A DNA stretch of 63,246 nt, the filler included, from Vannella sp. (Eukaryota): the NCBI GenBank assembly GCA_023345925.1. It is 6 parts of 6 records of this genome, joined end to end, with 100 filler letters (N's around TTAATTAATTAA, not from the genome) between each part and the next. Parts side by side here need not be neighbours in the genome. Positions count along the whole stretch, not along the records: positions 1 to 24,438 come from JAJQQN010000670.1; positions 24,539 to 31,519 come from JAJQQN010000644.1; 4 more parts are not named here. One strand, written 5' to 3'. A model generated the notes under the pieces. The model made no database searches and was not told where the DNA came from. It saw only the letters and a program-made list of their open reading frames with translations. Shown one piece after another: positions 12,681-24,801 of the stretch; positions within the stretch are counted from its first letter, which is position 1; every line of letters starts with the position of its first letter. A program made the translations under genes and the position numbers.

Positions 12681-15600
12681 TTAGAAAAGAACGGAGTTGC
12701 AATGGTGGGAGAAGGCTTGAGCGGCTGCTGGGGGCACTTTCGTTCCTCGTAGGTTGATGCTGACAATGGGGCAGCTGCTTAGAAGCTTGGTGACAGAGGT
12801 TTCGGTGATAGAAGGACACCAAGTCACGTCTACTGTCTGCAGGCGAGGACAGTTTTCAGCGACATGGATGAGGGAATGATCCGCAAAAGAGGAGCTCCAA
12901 GCCACGTCCAGCTCCTCCAAGAAGTCATGGGAGAGTCCCCCGCTTTCAAAGTGAGCGTAGTTCTTGAGTCGGAGAACTTTCAAGCAGCTCAGGCTACTGA
13001 TGGAGTTTTGAACGTCCCCTAGAGAGAGTGCATTGCAGGAGGAGATGTCCAAGGTGTGCAGAAGAGGGCAACCTTGCACGATGGTTTGGAAGTTCTTGCC
13101 ATCCAAGGCTCCACAGCGAGACATGTGAATTTCTGTCAAGTTAGCACAGCGGCTGAGACTAACCAGAGTAGAGGCAGTTAGCTGGGACATTTCGTTCATC
13201 TTGATGACTTGAAGCTGGGGGAATCCTTCATTCAACTCCTGGAAGCAATCATCGGTCAGGTTTGAGCACGCTGAAAGTGTAATCTCCCGCATCTGTCGGG
13301 AGCGGCCTGTCAACGAGATAACAGCTTTGTCATCAATCCGGCATCGATCCAAGTCAATAGTACATAAGCGCGGGCATCCAACTGCTATCTGATGGAGAGA
13401 CTTGTAAGTGATTTTCGAGCATTTGGCCACAAAGAGTTGACGCAGAGAGTGGCAATGAGCTATCATCGAGAGGCCAGCATCTGAGATTTCCTCACAACCT
13501 GACAGGTTCAAACAAATCAGGTCTTTCGCGGTGACAGATATGTGACGCAGAGCATCATCAGTGATGTTTGTACAAGAAGAGAGATTCAACTCCTGCAAGT
13601 TGCGAAAATGCTGCTGGTCCGAAGGGAGAGGGACAAATGCTTTTGGAGTGATTTTGCTGCACGAAGAGAGGTCCAATTTGATGAGATTCTTGCACATTCC
13701 AGCCAATTGGCGCACTGTAGCGTCAGAGATATGTGCAGAACCGTTCAATTCTAAATGCTCGAGATCTGGACAGGTTTGGAGGAACTTTTGGAAGCCTTCA
13801 TCTGTTATCGTCTTTCCAGATAGTTTGAAACTGCGCAGGGAGCATCGGTTATGAGCGATATTCAAGACTGCAGTGTCTGTGATTTGGTCACATTGAGACA
13901 AATCTAGCGTTTGGAGTCTTTGGCTGAGCTCGTCAAACACATCTTCCGTGAGTTGAGTGCAGTTCTTGAAAGAGAGAGTTTGCAAATTCGGTGCTGACGA
14001 TATCTGGCTTAACTGCTTAGGAGAGATACGAGTGCATCCGGTCAAGTTAATGGAAGCAAGGTGTCCACACATCTCGACCAAGTCCGCTACTGCTGAGTCA
14101 TCGATATTGCAGCGCTCCAAGTCGATGCTCTCCAACTCTGAACAATTCCGGGCCAAAGTTCTCACACCCTCGCTAGTAATATTCATACAATTGGCCAAAG
14201 AGATCTCTCTGAGATGCGGGCAGAAGCTAGAAACGTCTGCACACAGATCGTTGGTAATACGCGAGTTAGACAAGTCCAAATGCAACACGCTAGGGTGCAA
14301 AAGCTTCTGTAGGACAATGCCATTGAGGCGTCCCCGAGCAATAATCTCTGTGATGATAGGCTGGATGAGTTCTTCTGGTAAAGCACCTTCCAGGATGGGT
14401 AAGAGGTCCATATGATCAACTATCTGAACGATGCAGAGTCTCGTGAGTCGCGGAACCTGGATCTTGACGGCAGACCCAAAGCGCGAGTGCCTTTTTCTGT
14501 AGATTCGATCTCGTTTTAATTCAGCACTGAACCTCTCAACAGGACTTGCGGGTGGTTCGAGGTTACTGTTATCTTTCCAAGGGATGAGAGAGTGATATTC
14601 ATGGTGATTGAGATACCCTAAGCGAATATCAAAGATAGTTTGCCGTCCTTGAATGCGAATTGGATTGGAATAAAGAAGGGGACTGAACAAGAGAATACCA
14701 ACTCGGAATGCGTTGGCAATGGCATGAAGGGTAATGTGGTCGCCGTTCTCCTTTTCGTTATTCATTCGAGTGATATACTCGTGCAGATCGCCTCCTCGAA
14801 TGTGTGGCTGATACAGCTCTGCATGTTCCAAGATCTCGCAAAGAGCCAACATCCGGACAACAGTGTGAGCACTCTCTTTGAAGTAGATTTGATGTGCCAC
14901 TGCATGGAATTGGGAGAGTACGGTTTGCCCGCTCTTGCTCCCATTGTCAAGAAATCGTTTTTCGCGAAGCTCTTGCTGTACAAAAGTTCGCCAGGGACTG
15001 GTGACTCCATACTGGCGAGGTTCCCACTGTTTGCAGAAAATCTGAAAGGTTTGGGGGATAGAAAGAGAAGTGACTTCCTTGTCCGCGGCATCACAAATCT
15101 CCGCTTGTTTAAGTCCCTCTTGAAGCAACTGAAGCTCTCCGTCAGCTTGTTTGAGGAGATCTGTAAACTTTGAAATGATAATTTGGGTGGCCCGATTGGC
15201 ACACACCCCCGCATTCGTATATATCACTCGTAGGTATCTCTCTGCTGTTTTTTCCTTCTCTCCCATTGCTGGCTGAGTGATGCAAGTGCGGACAGCAGAT
15301 ATGCATGCTTGTGCAGTGATGGGAACAGCACCTTCAGATACAAGCTGTTTGAATCTGATAACCGTTGCGGGGAGGTCCTTCGGTCCAGTGCCTCTCCAGA
15401 AGGTCATTAACCTTTCACAATAAGCTCTACGAGGATGTGGTGCTGATGAGTCTGTTGAAAGGCGGTTGCATTCAGCTACAAGCTGATCTGAAGCCTTTTT
15501 GAAGGACTGAAAGATATGTGGCATTGGCCCTAGCACATTTGTCGCCCACCAAGAGTAGGCTTCAGCATAGAGATGACTGCACACGAACATAGATACGTCA

Positions 15601-17321
15601 TTCTCCAACGTCCCTTCTAACTGACCCGTTTGGACAAGATGGCGAGCAGCCTCGCTTCCCATGAAGCGGTCTCGAAAGGAGGGGAAGCCTGCTTTGGCAG
15701 CCTCCGCACTTTTGGCGTTCTTGAAGGCGAGGAAATTCTCCAAAGGTGACTTGGTAGGAAGCGTTGTAAGTTGGGTTCGCCATTGCTCCAGGAGTTGAAA
15801 GAGCATAGCTGCGGAAGACTCGAGATGGTCGTTCGGGTCATAGGAGTATTGAGAACGTCTCCTTAGCCATTGATGCAGCCCTGCACTGAGAGGAACTGAA
15901 TACTTGCGAATAGCGGAGACTCTAAGCAGGTTGATAAGCCTCGGTAGCTGGGAGGCGTTTAATATCATCTCCACAAGGTCACTATTTCCAGTGGATGCCA
16001 TTTCAGACGTCTTCCAGGTGTAGGCAGCTAAGAAGCAGGATGGGCGGGCAGGTAAGAATCGCACAAGATTTCTTAGCCTTTCCTCCGTCGGATTCAGTCC
16101 TGGGATATGTCGGAGATCGTTTAACACGCGCTGACAGATCTGGGGAGAAACGGTCTCTTGGGTGGTCCCAATCTTATAACCCGATTCCGCAGGAATGAAA
16201 AGGAGTCTCCGTCCGCTGCACGTGCCATCAAAGAAAGAGGCAGAGGACTTCAGAATAGCCAGGGAACCTTTGCTCAAAGATCCATCAGAAGGGGTCAGAA
16301 AGAGAAGGAGATCTGAGCGGGCAATATTCTCGCGACATTTGGCTCGGTCGCTCTTAAAAATGCTGTCCGTGTCCGAGATGGTCAGTTGGATGTTTTCTTG
16401 AAGTAAAGGAGAAGGTATCTGAATAGTCACGTTCTCTGCAAAGCAGCCAATCCCCTCAAAGATCTCTCGAAGAGTTTCTCGGACATAGAAACGGTCACTC
16501 CCATCGAAATCCTGTCCCAGAGCCTTGTACTGGATAGTCTTCCCCATCAGCGGGATGAACTCTTCCATAATTTGAATTTTCTCCCCCAAAGATGACCGCA
16601 GAGGGTTCCACTGAGCCAAGAATCGAGTCAAATACTCGGACTGAATTCGCCGCTCGGGAGACTGCTTCCCGCTGATTCGCATCTTTTTCATGCGGAGAAG
16701 GGACTCTTGTAGGTCCTCTATCACTGGGTAAGTGATAAAGATCCGCGTGGTCGAGCCCCATTTGATGTGGAGGGTCGGCTTCATCACTTCGCATTCCGGA
16801 AGTAAGTAGGAATGGGAGCGATCTGTTTGATGAGGGAGCTTCTGCTCTTGAAAGTGAGATCGGAGGAGGTTGTCTGAAGAGTTGTGGGCGTAGCTGTACT
16901 CCCCAAGGCGTGTGTAAAAGTCGTTGGACACAGCAAAGGTGTGATCCACGCGAAGAGGGAGCTCTGACTCGCCTGAGACAGTTCGATGTCGCTTCCTTAG
17001 AGAAGCATTACACTGTGTATCAGCTCCTGGGTTGTCCATGGTGCCCCGTAGCAGACAATTCACGAGGAAAGCCTTGGAAGGACCCGAATCTCCCAGGATG
17101 GTGACCACAACCGGCCTCGTTTCCTGTGGAGACCCTTCTCGTGAATCAATCCGATCACTCTTCCTGTTGAGTGGCTCATCGACAAGGAACCCCGTTGAGC
17201 GCTGAGAAAAGCGGAGATTGTTGGTAACCGGTGCTCCTGATGGTCCCTGCCCTTGACCCGCTGCTTCTCCCATCTTAGAGTTGCTCTGACTTCCCCAAAG
17301 ATCCTCACCTCGAATGCTCAT
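12681..17321 (-). CDS. Large intronless multidomain protein: degenerate dynamin-like P-loop domain, inactive OTU-like domain, BC-box-like motif, cysteine-containing LRRs
   Basis: VTILGDSGPSKAFLVNCLL; SQFHAVAHQIY...NGDHITLHAIAN...YLNHHEYHSL; VPRLTRLCI; many LxxLxLxxCxxITD repeats. First ATG at 17321. Confidence 0.85.
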   Translation of the reverse strand: MSIRGEDLWGSQSNSKMGEAAGQGQGPSGAPVTNNLRFSQRSTGFLVDEPLNRKSDRIDSREGSPQETRPVVVTILGDSGPSKAFLVNCLLRGTMDNPGADTQCNASLRKRHRTVSGESELPLRVDHTFAVSNDFYTRLGEYSYAHNSSDNLLRSHFQEQKLPHQTDRSHSYLLPECEVMKPTLHIKWGSTTRIFITYPVIEDLQESLLRMKKMRISGKQSPERRIQSEYLTRFLAQWNPLRSSLGEKIQIMEEFIPLMGKTIQYKALGQDFDGSDRFYVRETLREIFEGIGCFAENVTIQIPSPLLQENIQLTISDTDSIFKSDRAKCRENIARSDLLLFLTPSDGSLSKGSLAILKSSASFFDGTCSGRRLLFIPAESGYKIGTTQETVSPQICQRVLNDLRHIPGLNPTEERLRNLVRFLPARPSCFLAAYTWKTSEMASTGNSDLVEMILNASQLPRLINLLRVSAIRKYSVPLSAGLHQWLRRRSQYSYDPNDHLESSAAMLFQLLEQWRTQLTTLPTKSPLENFLAFKNAKSAEAAKAGFPSFRDRFMGSEAARHLVQTGQLEGTLENDVSMFVCSHLYAEAYSWWATNVLGPMPHIFQSFKKASDQLVAECNRLSTDSSAPHPRRAYCERLMTFWRGTGPKDLPATVIRFKQLVSEGAVPITAQACISAVRTCITQPAMGEKEKTAERYLRVIYTNAGVCANRATQIIISKFTDLLKQADGELQLLQEGLKQAEICDAADKEVTSLSIPQTFQIFCKQWEPRQYGVTSPWRTFVQQELREKRFLDNGSKSGQTVLSQFHAVAHQIYFKESAHTVVRMLALCEILEHAELYQPHIRGGDLHEYITRMNNEKENGDHITLHAIANAFRVGILLFSPLLYSNPIRIQGRQTIFDIRLGYLNHHEYHSLIPWKDNSNLEPPASPVERFSAELKRDRIYRKRHSRFGSAVKIQVPRLTRLCIVQIVDHMDLLPILEGALPEELIQPIITEIIARGRLNGIVLQKLLHPSVLHLDLSNSRITNDLCADVSSFCPHLREISLANCMNITSEGVRTLARNCSELESIDLERCNIDDSAVADLVEMCGHLASINLTGCTRISPKQLSQISSAPNLQTLSFKNCTQLTEDVFDELSQRLQTLDLSQCDQITDTAVLNIAHNRCSLRSFKLSGKTITDEGFQKFLQTCPDLEHLELNGSAHISDATVRQLAGMCKNLIKLDLSSCSKITPKAFVPLPSDQQHFRNLQELNLSSCTNITDDALRHISVTAKDLICLNLSGCEEISDAGLSMIAHCHSLRQLFVAKCSKITYKSLHQIAVGCPRLCTIDLDRCRIDDKAVISLTGRSRQMREITLSACSNLTDDCFQELNEGFPQLQVIKMNEMSQLTASTLVSLSRCANLTEIHMSRCGALDGKNFQTIVQGCPLLHTLDISSCNALSLGDVQNSISSLSCLKVLRLKNYAHFESGGLSHDFLEELDVAWSSSFADHSLIHVAENCPRLQTVDVTWCPSITETSVTKLLSSCPIVSINLRGTKVPPAAAQAFSHHCNSVLF

Positions 17322-17480
17322 CGCAGACTGACCTCTGATGGGCGTCCTGCGAAGGAGAAAGAAAAAGAATTTTCTTTTTCTGAAACGGGAACTTTCTTCC
17401 ACGGAGTCTGATGAAACCCAGCAATGAATCAAATGATAAGAATCTTGTAAAGTGTGGCGTTTAAAATGCGCAAAATCAAT

Positions 17481-18215
17481 TTAATCATCTTCTTCGTAAT
17501 CTTCTGAATCGTCCCATTCGCTTGCTTCGTGGTTTTGGTGGTGAAGTGAGCTGGGGGTGGAGAATGATGGTCTTTGGAGCCTTTGGGCATCGTGTAAAGA
17601 AGCGTAGAGGAATGCCAGGCCGTTGGCAATGAGGATGTACACCCAAACGGTTGGTTGGTGCAAAAGGATGGCGTTTGTGCCGGTTATGATGAAGAACAGG
17701 TGGCTCAAAAAGGATGCAGCGAGTGCCCCCAAGGAAATACAGAGAAGGTCAGGGTTCTTGGCCCCGAATACGCACGTGTACACAGGAACCACGAAGAACA
17801 TGTACCCGCGAAGGTCCCCAGTCCATCCGTGGGACTCAATGGAAGGCCATATCAAAGGATTAACAAAGAAGGACATAAATGCAGTTATCAGTAACGAGCA
17901 GTAGCAAGAGCGGGTCAAATCGCTGATCATTCGAAAGATCATGGATGAAGGAGAAACCCAAAACAGAGAGCCTTTGACACACTGGAAGAGAAACCCAGCG
18001 ATCACAGCATCCTGCCAAGTGGTGCTGACCAGAGAGAGAGAGACAGGATGCACAAATCCATAGAAGAATAAGATCGAGCAGACAATAACGTGAGTGAAGA
18101 AGTTGACCTTGTCAACATCCATGATAACCACTCCCTTAGGAGTACGAGCCATCTTTTCTGCATAGACAACAAACCAAACGACCAGCGAGACCCCCGCGAC
18201 CAACACAGACAGCAT
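17481..18215 (-). CDS. Multi-pass membrane protein of unknown function
   Basis: About 245-aa ORF with roughly 6-7 hydrophobic segments and an acidic tail; CCAAT boxes just upstream. Confidence 0.7.
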   Translation of the reverse strand: MLSVLVAGVSLVVWFVVYAEKMARTPKGVVIMDVDKVNFFTHVIVCSILFFYGFVHPVSLSLVSTTWQDAVIAGFLFQCVKGSLFWVSPSSMIFRMISDLTRSCYCSLLITAFMSFFVNPLIWPSIESHGWTGDLRGYMFFVVPVYTCVFGAKNPDLLCISLGALAASFLSHLFFIITGTNAILLHQPTVWVYILIANGLAFLYASLHDAQRLQRPSFSTPSSLHHQNHEASEWDDSEDYEEDD

Positions 18216-18354
18216 CACTACCAATCAGTCAACAAATGACCACCAATCATCCAATCTAATGTTAATTAGTTGATTAAATCTGGTTTGCACAGGAAGAGAC
18301 GTTCATTTCAGTGAAAGCAGTCCAATTGGTTGGTACTGAGCCATTCACTGCTGT

Positions 18355-18939
18355 ATGACCGACAAGAACGTGCTGAAGCTGGCTGTTGTCGGCGGCGGAG
18401 GTGTTGGCAAGAGTGCACTCACTTTACAGCTTGTCAAACAACAGTTTGTGGCTGAGTACGACCCCACCATTGAGGACAGTCATCGCAAGCAGGTAGAAAT
18501 CGATGACGAGGTTAGCATGTTGGAAATCTTTGATACCGCAGGGCAAGAGGAACTGAGCGCACTACGAGACCAGGCTCTACGTGCTGCAGAAGGTTTTATG
18601 ATCGTTTTTTCAGTGACTGAGCAGGGCTCTTTCAACAACGTGGAGGACCTCTACCAGTCCATCGGTCGCGCCAAGGATGCTGAGATCATTCCAGCGGTAC
18701 TTGTTGGGAACAAAGTTGATTTAGAGGAGCAGCGCGTAGTGAACAAGGCTGACGCAGAAGCTCTGGCCGCCAGGTTGAACATGCCCTACTTTGAAGCCAG
18801 TGCCAAGCTCTTCTTAAACGTTGAAGAAAGCTTCTTCCAACTTATCCGCTTAATGAGGAAGAAAGCCGGACCACCAGCACCTACGAAGCTCGAGGCCAAA
18901 CCCAAAGTGAACAAGAAAGGTGGTTGTACCCTTCTCTAA
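18355..18939 (+). CDS. ras: Ras-subfamily small GTPase
   Basis: GGGGVGKSALT, YDPTIEDS, DTAGQEE, NKVD, EASAK, CaaX CTLL. Confidence 0.97.
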   Translation: MTDKNVLKLAVVGGGGVGKSALTLQLVKQQFVAEYDPTIEDSHRKQVEIDDEVSMLEIFDTAGQEELSALRDQALRAAEGFMIVFSVTEQGSFNNVEDLYQSIGRAKDAEIIPAVLVGNKVDLEEQRVVNKADAEALAARLNMPYFEASAKLFLNVEESFFQLIRLMRKKAGPPAPTKLEAKPKVNKKGGCTLL

Positions 18940-19224
18940 CTTCCTCGCATGTACATTACGGATCGTGTCTCCCAGTGCCACTTGTCTACCTTTATCCAAT
19001 ATATGACCTTGCTGTTCAGCAGTGCACCTCTCATCATACACAGTACAGTGTTTGAGGAGTTTGGTTTAGGCGTCGCCAGTGGTCACCTCGAGCAACCATT
19101 GGTTCCATCTCATTCAGTTAACTTCTTAGAGGCGCCAACCTTGTGTTTCATGGAGGAGGAAGTGGACCGAGAGGAGGTATTCGGATCGACCGGGTTTATG
19201 TACAAAAGGAGATAATAGACTAGG

Positions 19225-19803
19225 TTACATAATGGAGCAGGCTGAGCGCTTCTTCTTGCTCTTGGGTTGAGGGAAGGTGACCCGGATGGACTCATCGAAG
19301 AGGGAGCGAACGCCTATTTGTGTGTTTGCAGAACATTCCATGTACTTTTGTGCTCCTATCAGCTTGGAGAGATCTTGGCCTTGTTGGTAACTGATTGGTC
19401 GCATGTTTCGTTCAGCAAGGCGAGCAATCGCTTGGGCATCGTCTCGAAGGTCGACCTTGGTCGCCACGAGGATGATGGGGATTTCTGGGCAGTGGTGCTT
19501 CACTTCCTTGGCCCATCGTTCCATGGCATTGGTAAAGGAAGGAGGGGAGACGACTGAAAAGCAGACCAGAAAGACGTCTGTTTGGGGATAGGCCAGGGGA
19601 CGGAGTCGGTCATACTCCTCTTGTCCTGCAGTGTCCCAAAGACCGAGATTGATGACCTTGTTATCCACAGATACGAGAGCGGAGTAGTTGTCAAAGACAG
19701 TTGGGCTGTAATCGGTATTGAACGAGTTGGTGGTGTAAGAGATCAGCAAAGAAGTCTTTCCAACTGCTCCATCACCCACAACCACACACTTGACTGTCTC
19801 CAT
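19225..19803 (-). CDS. rac: Rac/Rho-family small GTPase
   Basis: [44 protein letters not shown], Rho insert, CaaX CSIM. Confidence 0.97.
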   Translation of the reverse strand: METVKCVVVGDGAVGKTSLLISYTTNSFNTDYSPTVFDNYSALVSVDNKVINLGLWDTAGQEEYDRLRPLAYPQTDVFLVCFSVVSPPSFTNAMERWAKEVKHHCPEIPIILVATKVDLRDDAQAIARLAERNMRPISYQQGQDLSKLIGAQKYMECSANTQIGVRSLFDESIRVTFPQPKSKKKRSACSIM

Positions 19804-19984
19804 GTTACTTTGTTACTGAATGAACTTACTCTCAGGGCTCCCCTTTAAGAACCCATCCTTCTTCACCTTCCGACAGACTTTCTTGCTCTTCGACCGCTTC
19901 AGCGAAGGAAGCATCCTGAACAAGTCAATCAATTTGGACCATTCTTGCGTAATAATTATTCTCTTTCGAGGAGAGGTGAAATGA

Positions 19985-22463
<2,479 letters not shown>

Positions 22464-22563
22464 GATCCCAGCCAACGACATTGGGAAAGATAAAGGACTC
22501 TCAAGAGCTCCCAAATGCAGATGTATGAAGAAACAAAGAAGAGGATTCCGCGGCCTGGAAGCC

Positions 22564-24138
22564 TTATTCCTGAGCGGGCTCCTCCTCACCGTCACCGCTG
22601 GTGAGAACAAGTTCCTTGCCAGTGATTCGCTCGTAAAGATCGAGGATGTTGCGAGCAGCTGATTGGAAATGGCTGGTACCGTCGTAGGAGTTGGAAATGA
22701 AGCATTTGTCTGTTCGGCCATCCTCCTTGGGGCTGTACAAGGTTCCAAGCATCACCACAGAGTCTCGGATGGGGCCAAGCAAGCGCATGGCACCACCAAA
22801 TAGCTTCTCAGGCTCTACTTGGCTCTCCTTCTCGTCCATCTCCATGGAGATGATCGCCAAGAACTTGCCCTCAGGGACAATGCAGTGGCTGGATGACATG
22901 CAAATGATGTAGATGTCGTGACTGCGACCAGACTCCTTCTGAGGAATGATGATCTGCGCTGAGTGGGAGTTGTTGGTGTTGGGAATGGGCTGGTCGAGAA
23001 TGCAGACCATTCTCAATACCTTGCCAGTCTCGGTGACCTTGTCAGGGAAGTACGAGGGATCTCCCAAAAGGTACTTGCACTTGACCTCCAACTCCTCACC
23101 CTCATTGATAGTGAGCTTAATGCCGGTGGCGACTCCTCCGTCGTAGCAGATCTCCTTAAATGGAGCGCGAAGCATAGTTGTAGCTCCATAGACAGCTCCT
23201 TGTCTAGCAAAGCCCTGAGGAAGTTCACTAAGGCCATAGCGAGGGTAGAGGTAAGGCGAACCGCCGCTCAGGTTGTGGAGGGAGCTGTTGTAGAGCAAGA
23301 CTCGATCCATCACCTCATTTGCAGTCTTGTTAAGGAAACTGTCGTCTGTGTAGAGAGCAACAGCATGGCCGATGAAAGAAATCGTGTTCTCGTCCACACC
23401 AAAGTACTGGCAAACAGCCTTGAAGGGGACCTTGCTGCAATCCAAACCTGGATTCCGTCAGTTCACCTCCAGCTCTCCAACCTGAGTAGGCTGCTTACCA
23501 CTGTGCGTCTTAGGGTTGGACTGCTCGTAGGTTTGAATGAACTGCAAAAGCTTAGCGCAACGTCGCTTCTCGAAAAAGCCCATCAACCCGCTGCTAAGAG
23601 CCTCCGCGGCACTAGAAGGTACCTAGAGGATCCATTTGTCAGCGAATCAGACAAAAATAGTAAAAAATGCAACGACAAAGCATCCTTGGTCTTTGGAGGA
23701 GTGGCAAGTCAAGGTCCTTACCTTGTGGATCTTCCCCTCCTTGTAAACAAAGCTTCCAGCAGCCTTCTGGAACTCAAGGTACTTTGTGATACCAGTGTGA
23801 ACGAGGATACGGACAAGGAGCCCTGAGCCCATAATGAACTTGGGGATCAAGTCAATGTTCCAGGCGTTCAACCAGCGACGCTTCTCCAAATCAGTGCCAT
23901 TTGTGGGTCCACCAAACTTGGAAATGATAGCATCATTGTCCATAGTACCCTTGTACTTCTCGAGAAGCTGAGGAAGGGACAAGGAAGCGCATCCACCACC
24001 ATAGTAGTCGTTCTTGTCAAGAACGAGCACACGAAGGCCTTCCTTACTAAGAGCACCGGAAAGTGTGCACTCGATAAGGCCCGTACCAAGAATGATAACA
24101 TCAAACTCGCCCTGGAGGAGCGACAAGTCCATCTCCAT
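22564..24138 (-). CDS. GDI1: Rab GDP-dissociation inhibitor, 2 exons (intron 23623-23721)
   Basis: DVIILGTGLIEC, DKNDYYGG, WNIDLIPKFIM, SPYLYPRYGLSELPQGFAR, SYDGTSHF. Confidence 0.96.
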
Positions 24139-24225
24139 GTTCCACGCAAGAAATGATAATTAATCGTTCGATCTCAGATCCCATTGCTTGTCACACCAAT
24201 TTATGTCTTCATCAAAGGAAATGGC

Positions 24226-24438
24226 TTAGTTCTCATAAAGCATGGATTCGAGGACGAGCTTGTAGTCGGAAACCTCCTCAGGCTTGAACCAGAAGCTGAT
24301 CTCGTGCTTGGCGCTGTCGGGTCCATCAGATCCGTGGATGATGTTGCGTCCAACGGAGATGCAAAGGTCACCGCGGATGGAGCCGGCCTCAGAGTCGTTG
24401 GGGTTGGTGGCACCAACCAGCTTGCGTCCTTGGAGGAT
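24226..24438 (-). CDS. NDK1: Nucleoside diphosphate kinase, C-terminal part (5'-truncated at contig end; absent from ORF track)
   Basis: Manual translation [48 protein letters not shown] contains the catalytic HGSD. Confidence 0.95.
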   Translation of the reverse strand: MLQGRKLVGATNPNDSEAGSIRGDLCISVGRNIIHGSDGPDSAKHEISFWFKPEEVSDYKLVLESMLYEN

Positions 24439-24538
24439 NNNNNNNNNNNNNNNNNNNNNNNNNNNNNNNNNNNNNNNNNNNNTTAATTAATTAANNNNNN
24501 NNNNNNNNNNNNNNNNNNNNNNNNNNNNNNNNNNNNNN
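24439..24538. other. Artificial contig spacer (N-TTAATTAATTAA-N)
   Basis: 100-bp N run with an all-frame stop linker. Confidence 0.99.
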
Positions 24539-24801
24539 TAGGCTTGTTGCTAAGTTTTAACCATCACTGGTGTCAGTCGAATTTCAACGGAGGCCAGCGG
24601 ACGTGGTCCAGTGCCGTGGACTCTCTCATGAAATGATCGATCCAGGGACAGCACAGTTAGTTTACGTAATACCTCATAAGGTTAATATTATTAAGCCTTT
24701 TTAGCTATAACTACCCCTGGTCTGAAGCGTAATAAAGAAAGACTCACACCATCATTGAAGAGTAATTATGAATCATTTCCCCTTGGGCTCGCGGAAGGGT
24801 C

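Noticed and set aside
24184..24486. Plus-strand 100-aa ORF
   Set aside because: Antisense shadow of NDK.
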